From assembly GCA_963758495.1 (NCBI GenBank), contig CAVWVI010000002.1, positions 64,151-128,150 of the forward strand: a DNA stretch of 64,000 nucleotides. The letters run 5' to 3'. Shown here one piece after another: positions 28,112 to 37,389 of the stretch. Position numbers and translations under genes: made by a program. Under the pieces are notes generated by a model. The model was not told the DNA's origin, searched no databases, and saw nothing but the letters and a program-made list of their open reading frames with translations. This stretch comes from Oligoflexia bacterium. Its GTDB lineage: Bacteria > Bdellovibrionota > UBA1018. Numbering within the stretch: the stretch's first letter is position 1; each line of letters begins with the position of its first letter.

Positions 28112-30478
28112 CTATGCAACCCTCGCAGGACGCGAATTGTTTGTCTCTGGAGTTCCTGGGACTGATTGAACAAAGGCAGGGTTTCTTGGAGATTCTGAAA
28201 ACATTCTCTCATTGGTCTCAATCAGGTTGATTTGACCTTCATTTGACATGGTTTTCATTCGATTGAGTATTTTTCTTTCTACTGCATGATAGGACTCACG
28301 ACTGACGGGAGAAATTTGAGCCAGTTCTTCTTCCAATTCAATCGCCAGCTCTTTGGGAGACTTCGCTAAAATTATTTTGAGAATATCCTGAGATGTACCT
28401 TTTAGAAAATGCATTAATTCTTCATGTTTTAAGCTTAAGATCACCTCAAGAAGTTGCCCATCTCGAAGGTATTTTAAAGTTTCAACACTGACTAATTTCC
28501 CCTTGATCGTCCTTGCGCTATCCGGGTTTGTTGATTCTAGATTCTTTATAATAGTTTTTTGTAAATTTTGTCCGGTTCTTTCGAGTAAACTAATCAGGAC
28601 TTCTGATCCAGGGAGGGCTTCTGTATTTAGTTTTGGGTTTTCCTTGCGTTTACGCTTCAGTGCGTTCGCTACGTTAAAGATATAGTCTCTGGGTAAGTAG
28701 TCTATTCTGGAAAGCTCTCCCAAGAGTTGGGTTCGAAGCTCTGGATCCATTTGAGCATAAACCACTGCTCGCTTTTGGGTGTCACATTGAGTGAGAACGA
28801 TTGATTTTACTGTTAAGGATTCAGTGCGAACTAACTCTGATATTTGTAAACCATCCATTTCTGCGAGAAAATCGAAAAGATTTGATGATCTATTTCCAAG
28901 TACGGCTAACTTACCTGCGACAGTTCTACTATGGAGTTTTCGAAGAAGATCTAATTTATCATTATCTTGGAGTTCGATCGGATTTTTTGTATAATACTCC
29001 ATTAACTCTGTTAAATCTGTCTGTAAGCTTGGGTCCCGCAGCATTTCGACTACAATGCCTTCTCCTAGAAGATGAATACACTCCGCCGTGACTTCCACTC
29101 CTTCTTCTGTAAGAATGCGACTAAAGACTTGCTTAGCTACTCTAGGTTGTTGCGCATAAATTGTGCTTAGCTCTTCCAAAAGTCGCTCAATTTCATAGCG
29201 TTTTGAAATGTGACTGGAAATTTCTCCATTTTTGAAGCCAGACTCGCTTGCCTTTGCGTGAGATGGAGTTGTGGCAGTTGGATCTTCTGCTAGACTTTGA
29301 ATCATACGATGAACGTTGGTATGATCAGGTTTTCTAGAGTTTCTCACACTTCCCATTGCTATAAAAATAAGTAATGCAAGTACAGAACACGCAAAAATGA
29401 GTCCAAAGATTTTAAATTTCTGAAGTTCTGCTTGAACGGCATCCCCATTTTCAACGCGCTCAATCTTTTCTATTCTTTCATATTTTTCATTCTTATTATT
29501 GGATTCGACATTTTCACTTTTGGTTTTGTTAGAGCTTTCTGATGTATTGTTTGACTGTGATTTTACATTAGACTCTGTGTTATTTTCAGTTTTATCGGTT
29601 TTATCAGTTTTATTATCCGTTTTTGAAGTTTGCTCTAAGATTTGCTTACCATTCATATGACCAGTGGAACCGTTAGTGTCCATCAGGGATCCGGCTATGA
29701 CTCCTGGCATAACTCCGGCCATAGGTACCGGGTGGGGGAATTTCATGGATTTTCCGACAAGGGTAACACGTTTAAATGAGTTGGTTTTTAACTTAAGCAT
29801 TTCCAAAATATTTGCTTGTTCATCTGGACTCAAAGTTTGATCCATCAGTAATGTCGCGGAGAGAGTTTTAATTTTTATGGCAGTATCACCATCTTGAATA
29901 AATTCACCAGAAGCACCATATTGGGCTTCTTCTCCATTAACGACTTCAGTTTGGAGATCAAAATCGGCTAAAAGACATAGGTTTGGACAGAACTTGGAAA
30001 GGAATTCATTTGTGGTATTTAAGAAATTTTTTGAAACCTGCTCTCTGAGTTCTGCAATCTTTCCTTCAGAGCCTTGAGGAAGAGGGAAATGAGTAATTTG
30101 AGTGTCAACTTTTACAGGGAAATCAAGCGTATCTAGGTATTGCTGAATCAGATCTAGCAATTTAGATCGGGATACAGGGCCCACTTTATCATCGATGAGG
30201 ATCTTGATTTTAGCCGACGAAGGAGTGAGTTCGTTTCCTTTTTTGACTTCAAGATCATCAAAACCTGGAGCGATTCCTTCCGGTGTTGAAACATCTAGAG
30301 TGACATTCACACTCATGAGTTTACATTCATCATGACAATATTTATCGAGAAGAGGTTCTAATAAATGGCGGATTTGGTTTTCGGCAGTTTTTTGTGTCAC
30401 TTCTAGTACATTGACACTTGCATGTCCCGTGAGGGAAGAAATGAAAATGAGGGATAACCCAATGAGTTTCAGTTTCAT
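28112..30478 (-). CDS. Membrane-anchored fusion: periplasmic domain + TM + FliG middle/C-terminal domains
   Basis: Signal peptide; TM IFGLIFACSVLALLIFIAM; LFDFLAEMD..E..KSIVL (FliG_M-like); FLKGTSQD..ILAKSPKELA..LEEEL..EGQINL (FliG_C-like). Confidence 0.7.
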   Translation of the reverse strand: MKLKLIGLSLIFISSLTGHASVNVLEVTQKTAENQIRHLLEPLLDKYCHDECKLMSVNVTLDVSTPEGIAPGFDDLEVKKGNELTPSSAKIKILIDDKVGPVSRSKLLDLIQQYLDTLDFPVKVDTQITHFPLPQGSEGKIAELREQVSKNFLNTTNEFLSKFCPNLCLLADFDLQTEVVNGEEAQYGASGEFIQDGDTAIKIKTLSATLLMDQTLSPDEQANILEMLKLKTNSFKRVTLVGKSMKFPHPVPMAGVMPGVIAGSLMDTNGSTGHMNGKQILEQTSKTDNKTDKTDKTENNTESNVKSQSNNTSESSNKTKSENVESNNKNEKYERIEKIERVENGDAVQAELQKFKIFGLIFACSVLALLIFIAMGSVRNSRKPDHTNVHRMIQSLAEDPTATTPSHAKASESGFKNGEISSHISKRYEIERLLEELSTIYAQQPRVAKQVFSRILTEEGVEVTAECIHLLGEGIVVEMLRDPSLQTDLTELMEYYTKNPIELQDNDKLDLLRKLHSRTVAGKLAVLGNRSSNLFDFLAEMDGLQISELVRTESLTVKSIVLTQCDTQKRAVVYAQMDPELRTQLLGELSRIDYLPRDYIFNVANALKRKRKENPKLNTEALPGSEVLISLLERTGQNLQKTIIKNLESTNPDSARTIKGKLVSVETLKYLRDGQLLEVILSLKHEELMHFLKGTSQDILKIILAKSPKELAIELEEELAQISPVSRESYHAVERKILNRMKTMSNEGQINLIETNERMFSESPRNPAFVQSVPGTPETNNSRPARVA

Positions 30479-31212
30479 TCTAGCCCCGCAGGTTTACGTT
30501 CGACAAAGCGCCTCAGACTTTCGTCCTTTGGATTGAATCTAAGCGCTTGATTCCATGATTTTAAAGCTAAGTTTCTCTTTCCCATTCTTTCCAAAAGAGT
30601 TCCGCGCATTTCATAGAGTTTTGCATCAGTCTGATATTTTTTTAGCATTTCATCTGTTTCAAGTAGAGCCGCTTCATATCTGGATGCCTTATAGAGTTGT
30701 TTGATATGGTCCAGCGCTGCTAAATAGCTGAAGGCGCCTTCACTTGGAGTTGCATCCTCACTGGGTGCTAGACTTAAACCTTGTTCAATCTCTCTTCTTT
30801 TTCCGTCATCTTCCGGCAAGCCTTGGGGAAAGTTATGAGTGATTTCGTGATCTGAATAGCTGGGTGTTCGATTTTTATAAGACTCGTCCACGCCATCAAC
30901 GCCACCACTCATTTGTGAAGCGGAAGCTCGATTAGAATCTTTAAATGCAGGAGAAATAGGAAGCACGAAATCACTTAGCAGTTGGGTGTCTCCTGGAATT
31001 TCTAGTTCAACTGAACGGTCCCCTTTTTTAGTCCTTAAAACCATGGCTTGCGCCGGATCCCCTTTGGCACCCGCGTGATAGTCGGAAAATGGATTGGCTA
31101 TTGGCTTTACAGTGTTTGATTCATTCAGGCCAAGCATCGATTGCATAGAGGCACAACCTGAGAAGACAGGTAGAAAAAGTATAAATTGTGCGAAACTCCT
31201 TTTTCTAATCAT
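30475..31212 (-). CDS. TPR-containing lipoprotein
   Basis: Lipobox VFSGC; C-terminal TPR (LYEMRGTLL..ALKSWNQALRFNP). Confidence 0.75.
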   Translation of the reverse strand: MIRKRSFAQFILFLPVFSGCASMQSMLGLNESNTVKPIANPFSDYHAGAKGDPAQAMVLRTKKGDRSVELEIPGDTQLLSDFVLPISPAFKDSNRASASQMSGGVDGVDESYKNRTPSYSDHEITHNFPQGLPEDDGKRREIEQGLSLAPSEDATPSEGAFSYLAALDHIKQLYKASRYEAALLETDEMLKKYQTDAKLYEMRGTLLERMGKRNLALKSWNQALRFNPKDESLRRFVERKPAGLE

Positions 31213-31226
31213 TCTTTAATGTTCTC

Positions 31227-32348
31227 CTAAAACAATACGCTTACTCCTAAGCCATACTCTATGCCGCTTACAGTGCCCGAAGGACTTCCTCCTAGAAACG
31301 CAGTGGATGGGGGGCGGTATCCCAAATTTAAAGAAACTCCGAAGTGCTTTGCGAGACGGAATTCATACCCTGAGCGGAAGAGTCCCCCAAAATATCCAGA
31401 TGCATAGGTTCCGCCTGCGCCCACATAGGCACTTCCCCGAATTTGGTTATAGTTTTCTTCATCACCGATAAAATTCCATGCATGTAAAAACAGAAGAGTG
31501 AAGTTGAGTCCAAAACCTGAGTAAAAATTTTGCGGTGATGCTCCAGAGCTATTGATAATGGTAGAAGCATCCGTCATATAACTCGCTTCAAATCCTACTT
31601 CTTTCTTTCGGTTGTCATACCTTTCCATCATCCGGTAGCCTAACGCCAAACATCCTGTGCTTTTAGGAAGGTCTGGTTCCATAAGGTAATAAAGCGTGAG
31701 CCTGCTTTGAATCAGCGGTGAATACTCAGTTTGTTTTCTGGCATCATCTATTTGATTATAGTCAACTCCTCTTCTAAAGGCGGAGGCTCTGGATGTTTCG
31801 GAGTTATAGCTACGAGACCAAGTGATACTTCCTGACTCCGGATCTGTCGTGTACATTGAGATCACGATGCCAGAGGGCTGGTAAGAGAAGGCGACATCCA
31901 TGTAATGTTCAATTCCTGAAATTTTTGCGATTCTAGAAAGTTCTGCTGAATTGGTTTCCGGAGAAGTAATGACAACCTCGTCGCCATTTAAGCTTGTTTT
32001 TCTGGCCTTACAGGGAAGGCATTGAAGCACACGGGTTTTTGAGTTTTTAAGGATTTTTTCGGTAATCAATAATTCCAGATGGCTTTTAAAAGAAGGCGGA
32101 ACGTTTTCGCTTAAAGCGATATTTCGAATGGCTAAGTCCTTGAGACCACCGACGTTTCCATTTTTTAAATCATATTCGAAGTCACCGAGGACGTCGTTTA
32201 ATACATCGTAAAAATTTCTTTCTGAGTTTCCTTTGGCAGTAGAGGAATTAGGCGCCGCAACCATGCCGGTATCATTGTCTGCAGCATGAGCAGGCGCGAT
32301 CACCAGCAGACAAATCCATAAAGTGAGTATCAGATGATTCATTCGCAC
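31227..32348 (-). CDS. Secreted protein with probable C-terminal outer-membrane beta-barrel
   Basis: Signal peptide ending AHA; amphipathic strands; ends YGLGVSVLF (beta-signal-like). Confidence 0.65.
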   Translation of the reverse strand: MRMNHLILTLWICLLVIAPAHAADNDTGMVAAPNSSTAKGNSERNFYDVLNDVLGDFEYDLKNGNVGGLKDLAIRNIALSENVPPSFKSHLELLITEKILKNSKTRVLQCLPCKARKTSLNGDEVVITSPETNSAELSRIAKISGIEHYMDVAFSYQPSGIVISMYTTDPESGSITWSRSYNSETSRASAFRRGVDYNQIDDARKQTEYSPLIQSRLTLYYLMEPDLPKSTGCLALGYRMMERYDNRKKEVGFEASYMTDASTIINSSGASPQNFYSGFGLNFTLLFLHAWNFIGDEENYNQIRGSAYVGAGGTYASGYFGGLFRSGYEFRLAKHFGVSLNLGYRPPSTAFLGGSPSGTVSGIEYGLGVSVLF

Positions 32349-32378
32349 AGTTTTAGTGAGGCTCCTTCCTCATATAGC

Positions 32379-32405
32379 TATTCGGAGTTCCTTACAGGTA
32401 CTTGA
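32379..32405 (-). promoter_or_regulatory. Sigma-28 (FliA)-like promoter for the FliG-fusion/motAB operon
   Basis: TCAA-N15-TCCGAATA on the minus strand. Confidence 0.45.
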
Positions 32406-32474
32406 ATTTTTCTGATTTTTCCCAATTTTATTTATGAAGTAGGTCATCTTTGCCGAGAAGAACTTTGAGTAGAT

Positions 32475-33284
32475 ATGAAATCAAAAATAAAACAGGTATC
32501 TTTTTGTGCTTGCTTCATCTGTTTATGGATATTCAACGTGGGGGGATGTACAACGACAACGATAGCTCCTGCGCCCGCACCTACTCCTCCTGCTTATACT
32601 TTTGTTCCTCATCCTCAAGGGATGAATACGGAAGATCTATCCGCTTTATTTACAGACGAAAAAGCTCCTAAAGATCCAGAGTTTGTGAGTGGGTGTGATG
32701 CGGAATATCGAAAGTTGCAGGGTTTAACTCAAAGTGTTGAAGAGTTGGCGGAGGGTGCGCTTGAACTCGTCAAAAAAGATCCAGTTTCGTATCATTGGTG
32801 CTTTTATGGAAAAATATTGGATTTAGAGAAAGTTTTAAAAAGCGATGCTTTTTTAGATGAGAAACAAAAGAAGATTTTAAATATTTTTGATTTTCTAACA
32901 CCGATTGCTAAAAGCTTTTCAATTGCTTTTCACGATAATCGTTATTTACTGATGGCGGTACGTAAATATCAAAAAATGAGCGAGTGGATATTTTTTAGAA
33001 AAGTAGAACTCACTCCTGCGGGAACCGCGGAATTAGTACAACCTACAAATCCCTTCGGTTTATGGAGAGATTCAGGTGGGTCCTTCTCAGTATTAGAAAA
33101 GTACCATTTAATTAAACGAGATCCTTCAAGTGAAGATCGACCTTCTACTCCAAGTCCTGAGGTCGCTGTTCCTAGTTCTGCTCCTGCTCCTGATTCTATT
33201 CCTAGTCCGACTCCTACTGAGTCCCCTGCAGTGATGGCATCCCCTGTGCCTACTCCAGAGTTAAAGTCATCTGGTTCAAATTAA
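32475..33284 (+). CDS. Putative lipoprotein with Pro/Ser-rich C-terminus
   Basis: VGGC lipobox-like site; Pro-rich tail. Confidence 0.65.
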   Translation: MKSKIKQVSFCACFICLWIFNVGGCTTTTIAPAPAPTPPAYTFVPHPQGMNTEDLSALFTDEKAPKDPEFVSGCDAEYRKLQGLTQSVEELAEGALELVKKDPVSYHWCFYGKILDLEKVLKSDAFLDEKQKKILNIFDFLTPIAKSFSIAFHDNRYLLMAVRKYQKMSEWIFFRKVELTPAGTAELVQPTNPFGLWRDSGGSFSVLEKYHLIKRDPSSEDRPSTPSPEVAVPSSAPAPDSIPSPTPTESPAVMASPVPTPELKSSGSN

Positions 33285-33415
33285 TTCAATATTGTAAAAA
33301 AATGCTTGGCGCAGATTTGCGAGGAAGGGTCCTTTCGATTTATTCCGAAGGGTGTTATGGAAGGATAATAGATATTGGATGGGCTTTCCATCACGCTTTG
33401 GGTTTCTCCTTGTAG

Positions 33416-35401
33416 TCATGAAAGACAATTCCGAGTGTATAGCGTTCCCCCTTCGTTATTTCGCCCACACCATGCAATCGGTATGGTAAAAAAGAAAGTA
33501 CTACCTTCCTCTTTTCTGCTCTCTACCCAAATTCTCCCTCCATGCGCTTCGACAATAGCTTTCGCAATGGCAAGACCAAGCCCGGTTCCAAATTTGGCCG
33601 TTTTTGGTGCTTGAGAGAAACGTTCAAAAACGTGGGGCAATAATTCAGAATCAATACCAGGTCCATTGTCTTTCACAGAGAACCTAACAAACGTATTGGA
33701 CTCTTTCGCGGATACAATAATTTTTCCCCCACTTGGGGTAAACTTTATTGCATTTCCGATCAGGTTTTGAAAGATCTGTTGAAGACGATCTGGATTGACT
33801 GAAATAGATGGAAGCCTATTGGGTACATAAGCTTCAAGCCCAATGGATTTTTCTTCTGCGATGGTTTTTTGAGATTCAATGGCTTCTTTGATTATGGGAA
33901 GCACTTCCCTCACACCTCGGCCTTTTTCTACTGAAAACTCCCCTGACTCACTTTTATAAGCATCAAGAAGGTCTTCGATCATTCTGTTCATCCGATCTGC
34001 TGATTCCTTTATATGTTTGATATACTTCTTTACCTCATTCTTTTCGAGCGATTCCTTAAACAATAGGTCTGCATTAAGAGTAACTCCCGTCAAAGGATTC
34101 TTCATATCATGTGATACCATAGCAACAAGCTCATCTCTCAATCGAACAGCCTTTTCAGCAATGGCGCGAGCGTCCTTCTCCCGTTGGTAAAGCTCCAGTC
34201 TTGCCATCTCCTCACGATGGCGTTCTGTAATATCCCGAAAAATTCCAATTAGACCAATGATGTTTCCATGCTCATCTTTGTAAGGCGATTTATTTGAAAG
34301 ATAGACTCGAGTCTCACCTTCAAACATTATTTTCTCCTCAACTAGTTTTGATTTGCCAGAAGTCATTACTAGGCGATCCATCTTCATAACCGCCAAAACA
34401 CTTTCCTGTTCTGCATCCTTTGGAAATATCTCGTCGTCCCGTTTACCTAGGATCTCCTTTGCAGATTTTCCAAAAAACCGTTCTACCGTTGAATTGATAA
34501 AGGTATAGTACCCATCATGATCTTTGACATAGATTCCATCGGTAGTTCCTTCTGAAATAGTTTTCAAAATGGTAAAGTTACGCCAAAGGTCCTCCTCAGC
34601 CTTTATGCGTAATGTAATATCTTCTCCAGAGCTTAGACTGAACACTTTTTTTTCATCCTCATCATAAAATGAGGTATTGCGCCACTCTATAACCCTCTCT
34701 TCCCCGTTCTTGGTCAATATGGGATTTATGTAGAATTCCCCTTGCTCATCTTTCATGCTTATTACTTTTTCAAAAGTGCTTCCCACTTCGTTTCGAAGCC
34801 TCTCCGGAACGAATTCAAACCAGTTCCTGCCGATAATTTCGTCTTCCCTGTACCCAAGGATTTCACATCCTTTTTTATTAATTTTTACTATAGTAGCGTC
34901 AGGGTCAAGCACCAGCATCAGCACTCTGACGAAATCGAAATATTTCTCTGCTCTGTCTCGCTCTTTCACTAGTTTTTTTTCACTTTGGCGCAATTGTTCT
35001 TGAGTGGAACTAGTAAATGCCGTAATGGAGTCTGCGATTCCTTTTGTCAAAAAATCAAGGATGATATTCCTATCCGGAGAGGGAATCGGCGATTCTTCCT
35101 CTAGAACTAAGAAAAGAACTTCTCTTAATATTTGGTATTCAAAGACTATTTCCTTAAGCGAATATTGAGTATTCTTTGCCCGCTCTTTACCATGCTTCTC
35201 CGCTGAAGCAGTGGGCATGCTCTGTTCATCATGAGATACTAGAGAATAGACAAGGTCATCAATAAAGGCTGGCAGGAAATCTCTCAAAACGAGGGGCTCT
35301 TCACACTTAGCTGAGTTGATATGAATGGCTGCCTTTACTTCCCAAAGCTTAAGAATTCTATCCTTTTCGGTTCGAATGCGATCACTCATTCGCTTTGACA
35401 T
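33416..35401 (-). CDS. PAS-PAS sensor histidine kinase
   Basis: Two PAS/PAC domains, SHDMKNPL H-box, NLIGNAIKF, DNGPGI, GTGLGL; RsbRD_N-like N-terminus. Confidence 0.9.
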   Translation of the reverse strand: MSKRMSDRIRTEKDRILKLWEVKAAIHINSAKCEEPLVLRDFLPAFIDDLVYSLVSHDEQSMPTASAEKHGKERAKNTQYSLKEIVFEYQILREVLFLVLEEESPIPSPDRNIILDFLTKGIADSITAFTSSTQEQLRQSEKKLVKERDRAEKYFDFVRVLMLVLDPDATIVKINKKGCEILGYREDEIIGRNWFEFVPERLRNEVGSTFEKVISMKDEQGEFYINPILTKNGEERVIEWRNTSFYDEDEKKVFSLSSGEDITLRIKAEEDLWRNFTILKTISEGTTDGIYVKDHDGYYTFINSTVERFFGKSAKEILGKRDDEIFPKDAEQESVLAVMKMDRLVMTSGKSKLVEEKIMFEGETRVYLSNKSPYKDEHGNIIGLIGIFRDITERHREEMARLELYQREKDARAIAEKAVRLRDELVAMVSHDMKNPLTGVTLNADLLFKESLEKNEVKKYIKHIKESADRMNRMIEDLLDAYKSESGEFSVEKGRGVREVLPIIKEAIESQKTIAEEKSIGLEAYVPNRLPSISVNPDRLQQIFQNLIGNAIKFTPSGGKIIVSAKESNTFVRFSVKDNGPGIDSELLPHVFERFSQAPKTAKFGTGLGLAIAKAIVEAHGGRIWVESRKEEGSTFFFTIPIAWCGRNNEGGTLYTRNCLS

Positions 35402-35561
35402 GAAAACTTTCTTTTCTTGAGATCTTTTGACGCAAGAAATGAACCTCTGAGGGGCTTCTTAAAACCCTCGGTATGATGAAGAGCTAAAACGAGGACTTAT
35501 ATGCAGGGCAGCTCTTCAGACAGATCAGTTACGGGTTCTCGGTCGTCAGCGTTACCCGGAG

Positions 35562-37100
35562 TCAACTTGAAGCCAATAGATCTGGATTCTGCCACTCTAT
35601 AATGGCGGCATAACCTAGGCTTTCTGGGTCATGGCGGAGATATTCCGAAACCACTCGCAGGACCTTAAATCCACGGTTTAATTGGAAGCTCAGGGTAGGG
35701 TCCCAGAGCTTCTTTTGCTCGACGGCACTCACATATTTTTCAACAGTCATAGTTGAGTTATGTTGGTGATAGCCAGGCAAACGTGCTCCGGCACAAATTC
35801 TTTTTAGCCCCATGCTTTTGGCCAGGTTTTCTCGCATTCTGTAAAGCTCAGTGCCAGCACCAGTTCCTTGAAAATCTGGGTGCACCATGATTTCAGCTCC
35901 ATAAAGCGTCTTCCCCTTTTCTGGGTCATGGTTTTTGAACATTCCGTTGTTGGTAAAGATACTCCAAGGATTTCCCCAGTCGTAATCGTCTCGATAAATA
36001 ATAAGAGAGGCGGAAAATCCGACCAGTTTTCCAGTAGTGCGTTCTTCGGCGACCATTTGGCCTTCCGAAAATACGCGAAGATGAGACTGAAGTTGTTCTT
36101 CGCTCCATGAAGGACTGTGTGGATAAACAGCTTGACATAGTAAGATAATATCTTTGAAGTCTTTAGGCTCGGTTTTCCTGATCAAGTAACGTTCATTTGC
36201 TGGAATTACACTGACAAGATCAACATCGATAAGCAATTCCGATGTTTTCTGACTGTCTAATAGAGGAAGGACTGTTCCTGAATTACGATGCTCAGCAATG
36301 AGTCTTAAATTCAGCTCACCGATTACCATGGTTTCTTGATTGGTAATGCCTTCTGCCAGAATGCCGTCACGTGAGAATGCGAAATCACTGGGGGTCAAAA
36401 TGGATGCTTGTCCATAATTCAGTGATATTGCTGGAACCATCGGAAGTGATCCTACTGTCGAGGCGTGAATCACGAACATTTGATTCTCAACTGCTCGAGC
36501 CTGAGCGCAGTAACGAACACGCAAAAATCCTTGTCGGTCGTCTGTACAGCTAGGCACGATGAGAACCGTGGCTCCTGCTCTTGCAGCCGTTCGTGCAATC
36601 TCAGGAAACTCCACGTCGTAACAAATGGTGATTACCACTTTGCCAAAGTCTGTATCAAAAATCTTGAGTCGAGACCCTGGTTCTATGATCCACTCTTCTT
36701 TTTCGAAGCGGGTCATATGAATCTTATCCTGGAAACCTGCGTCTCCATCTGGACTAAAAAAATAGCAGCGATTTCTTATCTGGCCAGTTTTTGAATCCTC
36801 AGCGGGTATGCTTCCTCCCACAATATAGAGCCCATGGGTTACAGCTAAATCTGTCATAAAGGATACGTAACGAGGAGCCAGTCCGGCAAGCTCACGAACT
36901 TGCTCCGTAATAGGACCTTTGTAGTTTCCCAACATAAGAAGCTGAGTTGTAAAGTATTCGGGAAAAACGACTAAATGACATTTGTAGTCCGCCGCAGTTT
37001 GCACAAGTCCCTCCACCTGCTCTTGAAATTGCTCAAAGCTCTCTACGGGACGAATGAAATATTGAAGGGTCGCAACTCGGATACGGTCAAACTTTTCCAT
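35562..37100 (-). CDS. Carbon-nitrogen hydrolase + GNAT acetyltransferase fusion
   Basis: FPEY / DKIH / ICYDVEFPE triad; C-terminal VHPDFQGTGAG..DPTLSFQL GNAT domain. Confidence 0.85.
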   Translation of the reverse strand: MEKFDRIRVATLQYFIRPVESFEQFQEQVEGLVQTAADYKCHLVVFPEYFTTQLLMLGNYKGPITEQVRELAGLAPRYVSFMTDLAVTHGLYIVGGSIPAEDSKTGQIRNRCYFFSPDGDAGFQDKIHMTRFEKEEWIIEPGSRLKIFDTDFGKVVITICYDVEFPEIARTAARAGATVLIVPSCTDDRQGFLRVRYCAQARAVENQMFVIHASTVGSLPMVPAISLNYGQASILTPSDFAFSRDGILAEGITNQETMVIGELNLRLIAEHRNSGTVLPLLDSQKTSELLIDVDLVSVIPANERYLIRKTEPKDFKDIILLCQAVYPHSPSWSEEQLQSHLRVFSEGQMVAEERTTGKLVGFSASLIIYRDDYDWGNPWSIFTNNGMFKNHDPEKGKTLYGAEIMVHPDFQGTGAGTELYRMRENLAKSMGLKRICAGARLPGYHQHNSTMTVEKYVSAVEQKKLWDPTLSFQLNRGFKVLRVVSEYLRHDPESLGYAAIIEWQNPDLLASS

Positions 37101-37389
37101 TGTCACACTGTAGCACACTATTGAGGTCGTTGCTGGATGGTTTAAAAAGCCTCGTGAAGCACCTCAATTTATTGTGGAAGAAAGGTGAGCTTGTTCAAGT
37201 TAGAAGTCATTACGAGGGCAGAGCTTTTATAAAAAATCAATCCGTGATAGTACGTGGCAATATTCTTGACGGTGTGTTTAGATTAGGTACTGCTGAAGGC
37301 CACATTTTTGGTGACGAACTTTGGCCTGAAAAAACCGATAGCTTTGAAATCTATTTAATTTATTATCAAAAACTAGATCCAGAAGCTGA

